Virus record (IMG/VR): IMGVR_UViG_3300032232_000272
Reading direction: 5' to 3' (one strand)
DNA from: an uncultured virus (IMG/VR IMGVR_UViG_3300032232_000272)
Lineage: Duplodnaviria > Heunggongvirae > Uroviricota > Caudoviricetes
Length of the DNA stretch: 64,000 bases
Position numbers and translations under genes: made by a program. Below the pieces are notes generated by a model. The model was not told the DNA's origin, searched no databases, and saw nothing but the letters and a program-made list of their open reading frames with translations. Positions 29,862-39,524 of this stretch are shown here, piece by piece; within the stretch, counting starts at the first letter, position 1, and every line of letters begins with the position of its first letter.

Positions 29862-31384
29862 ATTACTTATCCGTATGCTCAGGAGTTGAAGCCGCCACAG
29901 TAGCGTGGCATTCAATGGGATGGAAGCCCGTAGGTTTCTCGGAGATTGAGAAGTTTCCATCAGCAGTTTTACAACATCATTACCCTCAAATAAAAAACTA
30001 TGGGGATATGACTACATATAAGGAGTGGGATATAAATGACACAGTTGGACTTTTGGTCGGAGGGACTCCCTGCCAATCATTCTCAGTCGCAGGACTACGC
30101 AAAGGACTTGAAGACCCCAGGGGAAACCTTGCCCTTACCTATGTTGGAATACTTGACCGCTTTAAACCCAAGTGGTTCATTTGGGAAAACGTGCCGGGCG
30201 TCCTCAGTTCAAACGGTGGACGGGACTTTGGTTCCTTCCTTGGGGCGGTGGCAGAATGCGGGTATGGGTTCGCATACAGGGTGCTTGACGCTCAATACTT
30301 CGGAGTTCCCCAAAGACGCAGACGTGTGTTTGTTGTCGGATGTCTTGGAGATTGGGAATCTGCCGCAAAAGTTTTATTTGAGCCCGACTGCTTGCGCGGG
30401 GATACTCCGCCGAGCAGAGAAAAGGGGAAAGAAACTCCCGGAGTTACTACAAATCGCCTTGTCGCATTCGGTGAATACTCAGACGATGGAGTCGCCAGCA
30501 CCATAAAGGCACGGGACTGCAAAGGGCATACAGATCTAATCGTTTATGAGACCCATCCCGCAGACTCAAGAGTCAAAGATATGGGTGATGTATGTCAAAC
30601 AGTAACCTCAAGATGGGGCACAGGTGGTGGAAATGTGCCATTGGTTCAGTCTGTTGGGTTTACGCAGTGTGATGCAGCAAGAGATGTTGGTATAAATGTA
30701 AGCCCGACCCTCCGCTCTGGCGGTAATGGCGGGTATCCTAGCCATTCTGTTGCCTATGGGTTTGAACCAGGCATCTCTAAAAGGGAAGGGAATCCAAATA
30801 GATTTTCTGAAGAACTTTCCCCAACACTAAGGGCGCAGATGGGAGATAACCAAGCCGCAGTCGCTTATTCCATCCGTGAAGACGCAAAAGCAAACAACTT
30901 TAGTGCTACCCCGTTACATGTAACGCCCGCTCTCCAGGCACTGCGTCCGTCAGTTCAATCTCACCATGCTCAGACTTTTATCGTGGATCGTGCAGCTTTT
31001 AATCAGGGAGAGAACGCACAATATGAGCCTAGGATTGAAGAGTCCGACACCATGTCTACTTTGGTAGCAAGAGGCCCGCATGCCGTTGCGCAGTCCTTCA
31101 ATGTTAATGCTAGACCTGATGAGATGAAGTTGGAGACGGAGATCTCTGGCACATTAACTTCTAGTCAAAACGCTGGTCTGTTTCAAGACATGGCAGTCCG
31201 CCGTCTTACTCCCGTGGAATGCGAAAGACTTCAAGGGTTTCCTGATAACTACACTCAGATCCCATGGGGCAAAGGTGATACTCCTGATAGCCATCGATAC
31301 AAGGCTATGGGTAATTCAATGGCAGTCCCATGCATGCAGTGGATTGGTGATCGTATTCAAAAGGTAGAAAATGGACTTCTTTAG
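29858..31384 (+). CDS. DNA (cytosine-5)-methyltransferase with long modular variable region
   Basis: SVCSGVE (I), GGTPCQSFS (IV), ENVPG (VI), PQRRRR (VIII), RRLTPVECERLQGFP (IX), YKAMGNS (X). Confidence 0.95.
   Translation: MNYLSVCSGVEAATVAWHSMGWKPVGFSEIEKFPSAVLQHHYPQIKNYGDMTTYKEWDINDTVGLLVGGTPCQSFSVAGLRKGLEDPRGNLALTYVGILDRFKPKWFIWENVPGVLSSNGGRDFGSFLGAVAECGYGFAYRVLDAQYFGVPQRRRRVFVVGCLGDWESAAKVLFEPDCLRGDTPPSREKGKETPGVTTNRLVAFGEYSDDGVASTIKARDCKGHTDLIVYETHPADSRVKDMGDVCQTVTSRWGTGGGNVPLVQSVGFTQCDAARDVGINVSPTLRSGGNGGYPSHSVAYGFEPGISKREGNPNRFSEELSPTLRAQMGDNQAAVAYSIREDAKANNFSATPLHVTPALQALRPSVQSHHAQTFIVDRAAFNQGENAQYEPRIEESDTMSTLVARGPHAVAQSFNVNARPDEMKLETEISGTLTSSQNAGLFQDMAVRRLTPVECERLQGFPDNYTQIPWGKGDTPDSHRYKAMGNSMAVPCMQWIGDRIQKVENGLL
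30036..30506 (+). CDS. Nested alternative-frame polypeptide, M.EcoHK31I-beta-like
   Basis: 156 aa in the +1 frame with AGGAG 10 nt before ATG; WQNAGM...LSDVLE...FYLSPTACAGILRRAEKRGKKLP. Confidence 0.6.
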   Translation: MTQLDFWSEGLPANHSQSQDYAKDLKTPGETLPLPMLEYLTALNPSGSFGKTCRASSVQTVDGTLVPSLGRWQNAGMGSHTGCLTLNTSEFPKDADVCLLSDVLEIGNLPQKFYLSPTACAGILRRAEKRGKKLPELLQIALSHSVNTQTMESPAP

Positions 31385-32189
31385 ATTTGCAGAACACCAT
31401 GGGTTAATTATTGATAACCTAGTCTCTGATCGTTGGGTTCGTGTGCCTACGATTGACCATCCAGGCAAACGCAATGGCGCTTATATCTTCAATGGATCCA
31501 ATGGCGCAGTGCAGAATTGGGCCTTGCATGAGAAACCCATAACATGGCGGGATAAAAACTATAAGCATGACCCTCAATTACAAATCAGGGTAAAAAAATC
31601 CCAAGACGATCAGGTTGTCCGGCAAGATAAGGCAGCAAAGAAGGCGGGATGGATACTCAATAATGCAGTCAAATCTACCCATCCATATCTCGCTAAGAAG
31701 GGATTCCCTGATGAGAAAGGGTATGTATGGGAAGGTCTATTGGTAATCCCTATGCGGGTGGATGGCAGTCTGGTTGGATGCCAATTGATCGATGCCAATG
31801 GCACTAAGAAATTCTTGTATGGGCAGAGAACCAAGGGCGCGTCTGCTTGCTTTGATAATAAGGGCAGCATCATTCTCTGTGAGGGATACGCTACCGCTTT
31901 ATCAATTCGTAAAATCTTAAAGAAAAGCATGACCCGCTACTGTATTCATGTGTGTTTTTCTGCGGGCAATTTGGTTGAAGTAGCCAAGTCGTATCCCAAT
32001 TGCGTGATCGTGGCAGACAATGATCCTGTTGGCATTCGATCGGCTAAGAAGACGGGTCGTCCGTATTGGGTATCCCCAAACCAGGGGGAAGACTTTAATG
32101 ATTATGAGTTAAGGGTAAACCCTAAGACTGCTAAAGACTTACTGAATCTGATCGGTGGGAGAACTGATAAAGACACTCTCACGGACTAG
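31371..32189 (+). CDS. Toprim-domain primase
   Basis: HPYLAKKG, LVIPM, LCEGYATA, VADND, DFND. Confidence 0.85.
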   Translation: MDFFRFAEHHGLIIDNLVSDRWVRVPTIDHPGKRNGAYIFNGSNGAVQNWALHEKPITWRDKNYKHDPQLQIRVKKSQDDQVVRQDKAAKKAGWILNNAVKSTHPYLAKKGFPDEKGYVWEGLLVIPMRVDGSLVGCQLIDANGTKKFLYGQRTKGASACFDNKGSIILCEGYATALSIRKILKKSMTRYCIHVCFSAGNLVEVAKSYPNCVIVADNDPVGIRSAKKTGRPYWVSPNQGEDFNDYELRVNPKTAKDLLNLIGGRTDKDTLTD

Positions 32190-33669
32190 ATAAGTTCCGT
32201 CTGCTTGGGATAGATCCCTCATCAAATCATCTGCCAATAAAAAGGATTGGACGGGATCCCCGATAACTTCTACGGAGATCTCTACCTTGCCCGCTTTCTC
32301 ATCCGAGTCTTTCAGATAAATGATTGTTGCGTTCATAAACTAATCTCAAACCATGACCCTCAATAAATAGATGGGGGAATGCGTTCACGAGTCTCCGTAA
32401 GTTATCTTGGTCTGCCAGGAGGGCCGCCTTACCCAATTGTCTCGCAAAACCCCCTAGTCTGTCCATTCTATCAACAGATTGGATTAGCGTGGTTCTATCT
32501 GTCAATATCCTCATACAAAACATAATCCTACGATCAGGATGCCCATAAAAAAAGTGCAAACAATATCGTCCATCATTTGAATATTCTCCTCTTGGTTAGT
32601 CTTTCGCATAATGCTTGCACATCAGGCGGGCTATCTTTGTCCACCTCATGGCAAGCGTATACGATATTAGGTTCGTAGATCTCTTTCACCACGACATAAA
32701 GGGCTAGCGTTCCTATTACAACTGCCCAAAATGTCAAGATCTTAGTCCACATATACATCCTCAATCTCATAATCAGTGATGTCATCATCACATAATTCCC
32801 AAGGGTAATCCAAAACTGCCATAGCAGCCTCCTCCTCATTGGGTGCTATGACTGTGATGGTCTTTCTGAATGATCCCGTAATGACAACTTCGTATTCCAT
32901 GCTTTTCTCCTTAAGTAAATGCTTAATAAAATAATCGTGTCCGGCTACCCATTCCATCCGTTTCTCCTCATCTCAGCGTTTAGATCAGCGTATTGTTGAT
33001 GCGTAAAGTCTAGATTCCTCGTCAATACTTCCTTAAATCCCTCGTATCTGGAGTCGTGAATGCAAGCCTCAATCGCTAGGATGGCGGTCTGCAAATCGCG
33101 TAGTCGGCTCTTTTCTGCATGGAACTGTGGCTTTCTACGCATCATATTCCCCTAGAAAATATGTTCCCAAGATCGTGGTGCAAACCAATCCAATCGTGGC
33201 TAGCCAATTGTCTTTCGTCATCACTATGGCTACACATACCATAAATAATAGGACTATTACCCCCCAAAAAATAGCATCGATGCCTCTCATTTAATTCCCC
33301 TTTTAATAAACTGTTTAGAAAAATAGACCTCTCCCTGGAACTCGCTTGGAACTAAGTAAGCCTCGTATTCGGAGAGAAAATTCTCCTCCTCTCCCTCTTC
33401 AAGTAATAACTTAGCCTTGATCTCATGGATTATGGTGCATTGATACTCATCCTTACCCTTGAGAAAGTCCCCAAATTCAAAATTACCAAACCAAACTTGC
33501 CTACGCATTTTCCATCTCCTCTACATCATCCACTCGCCATGCGCCATAATCCATAAAGTTCCATTGGGGATCAATGTAGCCTCCCTCTACCAATTTCTTT
33601 GCCTCTTCAGGGCTTTCTGCCTCCACCTTGGCAAACTCATACACAATTTGTCGTGCAATAACTCTATAT

Positions 33670-34272
33670 TTAGGCATTTTTAAACTCCTCTTGTTTTTCT
33701 AAAAGTGCGTCCAATTCATTGAGCAATTCTTGTCTCTTGGATAAGTCTTTCTCTTCTTCTACCAAGTCTTTTAATTCCTCAATGCGTTCTTTGCGTTCCT
33801 CATTTTCCCAATCTGCCATGCCAATAGAAATACCCTCAGCATCGTCAATAATGCGTGGAATATGATCCCTGACCCATTCAGAATCGCCTGTAATATCATA
33901 GTAATCGTCTGTGGAATTGTCCCAATATCCACAAAACATCATGCCTGGTTCGTAGTAGGTAGCCTCAATTTCAAAACCGAGATCCGATAATTTTTCGTAG
34001 GCTGCGGTAGGCGGAGACCACGCACTACAAAAAGTAAAACCAAGTTCATGCTCTTTATCTCTAAAGATTGCACCCTGATCTAAACCCACATCCCATTTTG
34101 TTCCCCAATTACTAAGCCGAAAACCATACCAAGCCTCGGTCTCCAACATTTCAAGAGGCACGGGGATAAATTCATCTAACAATGTTCCTGTTTGTAATGC
34201 TTTCTTAGCCCGCTCAATCATGGATGAATCGGTATGGGTAAGTGTGATTGTGTTATTGCACCAATTAGGCAT
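33670..34272 (-). CDS. DUF1281/YubB ferredoxin-like domain protein
   Basis: MPNWCNN, NWGTKWD, SAWSPP, YYEPGMMFCG motifs. Confidence 0.75.
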   Translation of the reverse strand: MPNWCNNTITLTHTDSSMIERAKKALQTGTLLDEFIPVPLEMLETEAWYGFRLSNWGTKWDVGLDQGAIFRDKEHELGFTFCSAWSPPTAAYEKLSDLGFEIEATYYEPGMMFCGYWDNSTDDYYDITGDSEWVRDHIPRIIDDAEGISIGMADWENEERKERIEELKDLVEEEKDLSKRQELLNELDALLEKQEEFKNA

Positions 34273-35516
34273 TTGCGTTCTCCTACCAATTTGCTAGTTT
34301 TTTGAATGCCTTTTTATACTCGGCATGGTTCTTAAATGATCCGACCACCATACAATGCTCTAGGAATCTATCGTCCATAAAATACCCTTGTGCCATCTCG
34401 TTATGAGATTTGCCAAGATCCTTATAAGATTCACCCTCGTATGCGTCTGCAATAACAAACTTCAAACTTTCCCAAAGATCGTGATCGTATCCATTCGGGC
34501 ATATATCTACCCCGTCTATCCTCCCGTATCCGTCATAGATACCCTCTACCTTTTTGCCGTCAGGATAAAGAACAACAACAGTGTGTAGTTTTGGATACCC
34601 TACACAATCTGCGACCACTGGTAAATGCGTCTTTGCACAAGTTTTAGAAAAAAATCCCATAACATTCTCCTCTGTTAAATAATTGAACAATCTCGGTATG
34701 ATTTACCGAGTTCGTATTCCACTACTTCAATGCCATCTACATCACCAAACATAAACCAATCAGGTTCACACTTGTATTGCTTGCCATGCTTTTTCAAGCC
34801 CGCTAAAAGAATGGCATGGGCCTTCGCCTCTGTCTCAGCGAAAGCCTCAAAACTAAAGTTACGGGAATCGTAATAAGCCTTATAGATTTTCAAGATAATT
34901 TCTCCGTTAAATTGCCCTCGTTCCACATAGCCCTAGCGAAATTAATGACATCATCACTGATTGGAAAATCATAACTCTCAGCGTGATGTTCAATGACATC
35001 GATTGGGCATTGATCTGCCGTAGGAAAGTTATCCCCCCAACTTTGACCCCATGATTGTTTTGGGGTTGGGGTTTTCACATAAGAATCTGTGCCATCAATA
35101 CCCATACTTCTATACAACATGGCATCAATGCAAGATAAGCCCAAATAAAGGTTGTTGGTAATACGACCAATAGCCTCTTCACGACTGCAAGCATTAATCT
35201 CAATAGCCTCATCAATGTCTGCCTCTGCAATATCTACGACTAAATTAAATTTCATTTTGATCTCCTCTTAATCTAATAAAACTGTGCCATCTGAAAGAAT
35301 GGCAGACTGAACAAATGAATCCGCCAGGATGCCGGATTCCGCTAAAGACTCATCAATCTTGACGCAAAATCTTGCAAGCCTTGGCAACAAAATGTCTAAA
35401 TTGGTTTTGTCATCTACATCTACATAAATTGCTATCTGCATTTGATTCTCCTCTGTTAAAAAGCGTGGGCCTTAATAGCAAACCATGACCCTCAATAACT
35501 AATCACTACATGAGAG

Positions 35517-35545
35517 AGATTACTCTCACCTATTGCAAAAGTAAA
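35517..35545 (-). promoter_or_regulatory. Leftward sigma70-like promoter
   Basis: TTTACT-17 bp-TAATCT on the minus strand, directly after a terminator. Confidence 0.45.
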
Positions 35546-35569
35546 TAAAACCCGACTAAAAAAGTCGGG
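35543..35569 (-). terminator. Intrinsic terminator
   Basis: CCCGACT/AGTCGGG 7-bp stem followed by TTTTATTT on the minus strand. Confidence 0.65.
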
Positions 35570-36134
35570 AATTATTCCAGGTTAGGGTAAACCCTTAGTT
35601 TTTGCTGCGGTGTATTTCTACCCCAAAAGCACCTAAAAAGCGTATAGATTCGGGCTCGTTTGCTAGTGCCTCCCGTATCTTTTCGGCTATCTGTTCGGGT
35701 GTGTGTCGTGGGTTTGCCTCCTCCAATCGGTGGCGGGCTATTGCCTTCGGAACGGGTCGGGAGTTGATAAAGAATTGGATCATTTGACCTCCCAATTCTC
35801 ATAAAGGTCTTTTATTTTGTTTAGCGTCTCTTCTGCGTGTGAGTCCATTTCATAATCGTATTCTTTGGGGTTATGTTTCGCCCCCTCTGCCTTTGCTAAT
35901 TTGTAAGCCAATTGCTCTAATAAATGATCTTTTCCATCTAAAAAATGGCGATACGATTTTGAGTGAATCCAATTAAATGCCTCCTGAGATGTAAATCCCG
36001 AATCTATAAGCCCATTCATAATGGCATTAGCAACAATCCAAGCGGGGCGATCATAAGAGTAAGCATTCTCAAATAAACCTCTGCCCGTAAAATCAATAAA
36101 TTCTGCTTTCATGGTTTAATTCTCCTTTGTAATT

Positions 36135-36185
36135 GACTTAGACCCCTTGACGGGGTTTCGGCTCATAAAGCCTCATCAGTAAGCC
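36135..36185 (-). ncRNA. Type I hammerhead ribozyme
   Basis: Minus strand GGCUUA-CUGAUGA-GGCU(UUAUG)AGCC-GAAA-CCCC(GUCAA)GGGG-UC-UAAGUC: complete core and three stems. Confidence 0.92.
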
Positions 36186-37768
36186 TAGCGATTTGTAGAC
36201 CACCATTCATAGAGTTTGCGTTCCATTTTTTCTAAATCTTTGCTTTTGTATTCTGAACGATCAAGTATTAAGTAATACTCGCCTCCCTCTACAATTTCTA
36301 TGAAATAGCACTCGTCATAAACTAAAACGGGATTTGTGGCATATTCTGAGTCTATCGCATTCACTTTTGACCCATCAGGGAAAAAGGTGCGAGTCTTTAC
36401 AAAATCGTTAAATGCTTTTTCTTCTGCGGTTGTTCTGATCCGTTGGACTTCCATATTGTCAAAAGTCCATTGTTGATAATTGCCCTCTAGCATCCGATTA
36501 AAAGCCGTTGGGAAGTTGATCCAATCGCCTACGGCTCTGTCTCTGTCGGTAATTACTGTGTCGTCTGTATCGTCAAAAACCCCCGTTTCTGAGTATTTGT
36601 CTCGGAAGGTTTGCGGGCTATGTATTTCTACAATTTCGCCTCCATTCCAAGAAAATAAAAAAAGCGGTTCGGTGTATTGGCTAAGATCTAAAGTTGTGTT
36701 GAGTTTCATTTGTTTGTTTTCCTTAAAAGTTCTCAAAAATAATCTCTTCGTTATCATTAACGAGGGCATACCAAAAGCCATTGCGACCAATATATTCAGT
36801 GATTGCCTCCGCTTTATCTTCCATAGTGGAAAATTCGTCTAAGTCCGCATCTACCCCATAAGATTTTAAAAACTCATCTAGCGAACATTCCGAAAAATCG
36901 CAACATATTGCGATCGGGTCAAATTCCAAATCCTCCCCCATCTCCTCTAGATAATCAAAAAGTTCTCCCAATCCCTCATAAGAAAAGTTGTCGGGTCTAA
37001 TTTTTTGCATTTCATCTCTAAAAATGTTTAATGTGATGGTCTGTTTCATTTGCTTAGTTTCCTTTTAAGTTATTTGATTCAATAAAAGATAAAATTTCGT
37101 CTAGGTTGTCCGACTCTAAAATTGCCTCTAGGGTCTCGCCATAAATACCTTTGGCTAGAATGAATTGTTTCCCGCCCGCCTCTCTCATATCGGGGTCGGT
37201 ATAGTCAAACCAAATACGAACGATCTCCTCGCCCTCTAGTGGGTAATCCATACTAGGGCAAGAGTCGTTATGCCAAGAGTTATCCTCCCATCCTTTGCCA
37301 AGGTTGGGAATAACATAATCAAAGTTTGGGAATTCGTTTAAGTAATTCGCAAGTGATCTATTTTTATAAATTGCCATTTGTTTAATCTCCTAATAATATT
37401 TAGATGCTCTAAATTCTTTTGCGTCTTGTTCGTGACCCGTTGCGACTAGCCAAAAATATTCGCATAAGTCTTGTGCTTTTTCGGGAGTTTGTCCCTCGCT
37501 AATGGCTAGATCAAATACAAGTTTTGCGATTTTGTCGGCATTTTTAACAGTGAAATTTTTCATTTGTTCATTCTCCTATTGTGTTTGAGTTCTGCGTTGT
37601 ATTGCATTACCACGATTAAACCATAAAACACAATGCAAGTGTAATACTTGACTAGATTCCAGGGGTATTAGGTAAAAAGTATCAATGCAAAAAAGCCCGC
37701 AATCGTTCCTATTGGATGGTTTGGGATCTGTTCCACTAAGGGAAAGATACAAGAGAATCAGCCTGGAA

Positions 37769-37799
37769 TACTGTGTATTTATACAGTGTATGCTATCCT
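37769..37799 (+). promoter_or_regulatory. LexA (SOS) box plus extended -10 upstream of terS
   Basis: TACTGTGTATTTATACAGT at 37769-37787; TGcTATCCT at 37791-37799. Confidence 0.7.
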
Positions 37800-37843
37800 C
37801 TAGTCTGAGATTCCTAAACCATACCTATTATTAAGATAAAGCA

Positions 37844-38509
37844 ATGAAAGTGCAGAGATTAACGAGGGCACAAGCAAAAGAGTTAATTAAAAAAACTCCA
37901 ATGGATGTGATTCTGTGCAATGAGAATAAGCGATTAACCCACAAGCAGAAAGAGTTTGCTCGCCATATTGCATTAGGTGAGACTAAGACAGAGGCATATA
38001 GGAAAGCATATAAAGGGGGAAAGGCATCCGTGAATAAGAAAAGAGACGGGAATAGAGGTTCTGATCTAGCAAAGCATGAGGGGATTAGCAGGGAGGTAGA
38101 TGCGATAAAGGCGGGGATTGAGTTCCAGAGACTATATTCCGAGGCACAATTGAAAGCCCTTGTTGTCGCACAACTAACAAAAGAGGCACTAAACCCCGAC
38201 AATCAGGGCTCTACAAGGGTCAATGCCCTCAAGACTCTGGGCACAGTTGCTGGTGTGGACGCCTTCATTCACAGAACCGAGACTCGTGTCATTAAGGATA
38301 GCGAGACACTCAAGGCGGAACTCATGGCAAAGATTAAAGAGGCGATTAGTGATAAGGGCAGAACCATTGACGCAGATGCCGAGGCACTATTGAACGAGAT
38401 CAGCACCCGCCCGCCATCGATGCCTGGGGACGCAAGGCCCACCGAGGGGCAGCCCCCAAATTCTGAGATCGCTGAGGCTGACATACTGTATAGTATTCCA
38501 CCCAAATAA
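37844..38509 (+). CDS. terS: Terminase small subunit (putative)
   Basis: LTHKQKEFA...TEAYRKAY HTH and RVNALKTLG motif; upstream of terL. Confidence 0.65.
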   Translation: MKVQRLTRAQAKELIKKTPMDVILCNENKRLTHKQKEFARHIALGETKTEAYRKAYKGGKASVNKKRDGNRGSDLAKHEGISREVDAIKAGIEFQRLYSEAQLKALVVAQLTKEALNPDNQGSTRVNALKTLGTVAGVDAFIHRTETRVIKDSETLKAELMAKIKEAISDKGRTIDADAEALLNEISTRPPSMPGDARPTEGQPPNSEIAEADILYSIPPK

Positions 38510-39139
38510 TTATCAAATTTTTCATAATCCCTAAAAAAAATGTATATACATCATAGACTTCCAGCCCTCATGGAAACGTTACCATGAAGAATTGGGACAA
38601 AAAGGGGGTGGGGGGTATCATTTTTTGGGTACGACAATACTCAATGTGGGTATGGAAATCGGCCCCCTTGTGTTTTGGAATGAAAGGGTAGGGGGGGTAT
38701 ATATTTTGACGGAATTGATTTTTTTGACATGGTTCTTTGGTCTACTCGCCTTAGTAGCATTCCTCTTATGGTTGGGAGATAGATAATGATTGAGATATTA
38801 GTAGCCTATATCCTGGTGGAGGGGGGCGCGGGGGTTGAGTGGTGGCTGCTTTATACGGCGGTCTTTGGATATAAAGCGTATGTCTTATGGGAGCAACATA
38901 AAGTAAAGAGTGCGTTGATTAAGTCTTTAGGAGGAATAGATGGAAGTAAAAAATGAAGCAGCCCTTAGTGAGAATGGTATAGCCGTTACGGTGGAAAAGG
39001 AGCCGCGGGCGATTAAGTTTATAGCTTGGCTTAGTTTTGAGGATTGGATTGCGGATGATCTAATGCATGAAGGCAGGACGCGCGGCGCCCATAATCGGCG
39101 CTGGATGCATAAGAAATTGGATGAATTTATTGATAGTCT

Positions 39140-39361
39140 ATGACAGAGAAGCAAGCATCTATATATCGGTTTATCGATGAGTGGTGGAAGCGAAACGGCT
39201 TTGCACCATCTATTGACGACATCATGCAGGCGACAAACGACAGAAGTCGGAGCTCAGTCCATCATGTCATTATTAGGCTATGTGAGATGGGGGTCTGTAA
39301 ACGGATCCCAGGCAAGAAGAGCGTTAGACCCTCTTATATGAGGATTCGGGACGTTGTATGA
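39140..39361 (+). CDS. LexA-like DNA-binding-domain-only protein
   Basis: MTEKQASIYRFI...GFAPSIDDI...SRSSVHHVIIRL wHTH; no peptidase domain. Confidence 0.75.
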   Translation: MTEKQASIYRFIDEWWKRNGFAPSIDDIMQATNDRSRSSVHHVIIRLCEMGVCKRIPGKKSVRPSYMRIRDVV

Positions 39362-39524
39362 ATGAGGAGCTAATTAAGTTGTTTAACCACAGGACTTTGA
39401 CGGAAAAGGAAATCCGAGCCTGTTTTGAGAACCTAACGCATACGCGCCCAGACGGGAGTTATTACACGGCGGATGAGCTGATGATTAACTTTGCCAGAGC
39501 CATTGAGCAGTTACACGGAATAGA

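Larger units (their letters stand above)
32139..37563 (-). other. Cluster of about 18 small leftward early/host-takeover genes
   Basis: Short acidic/aromatic ORFs (e.g. 34283-34660, 34890-35255, 35268-35441, 35780-36112, 36185-36709, 36723-37049, 37054-37377, 37390-37563), most with AGGAG/GAGG-type RBS. Confidence 0.65.
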
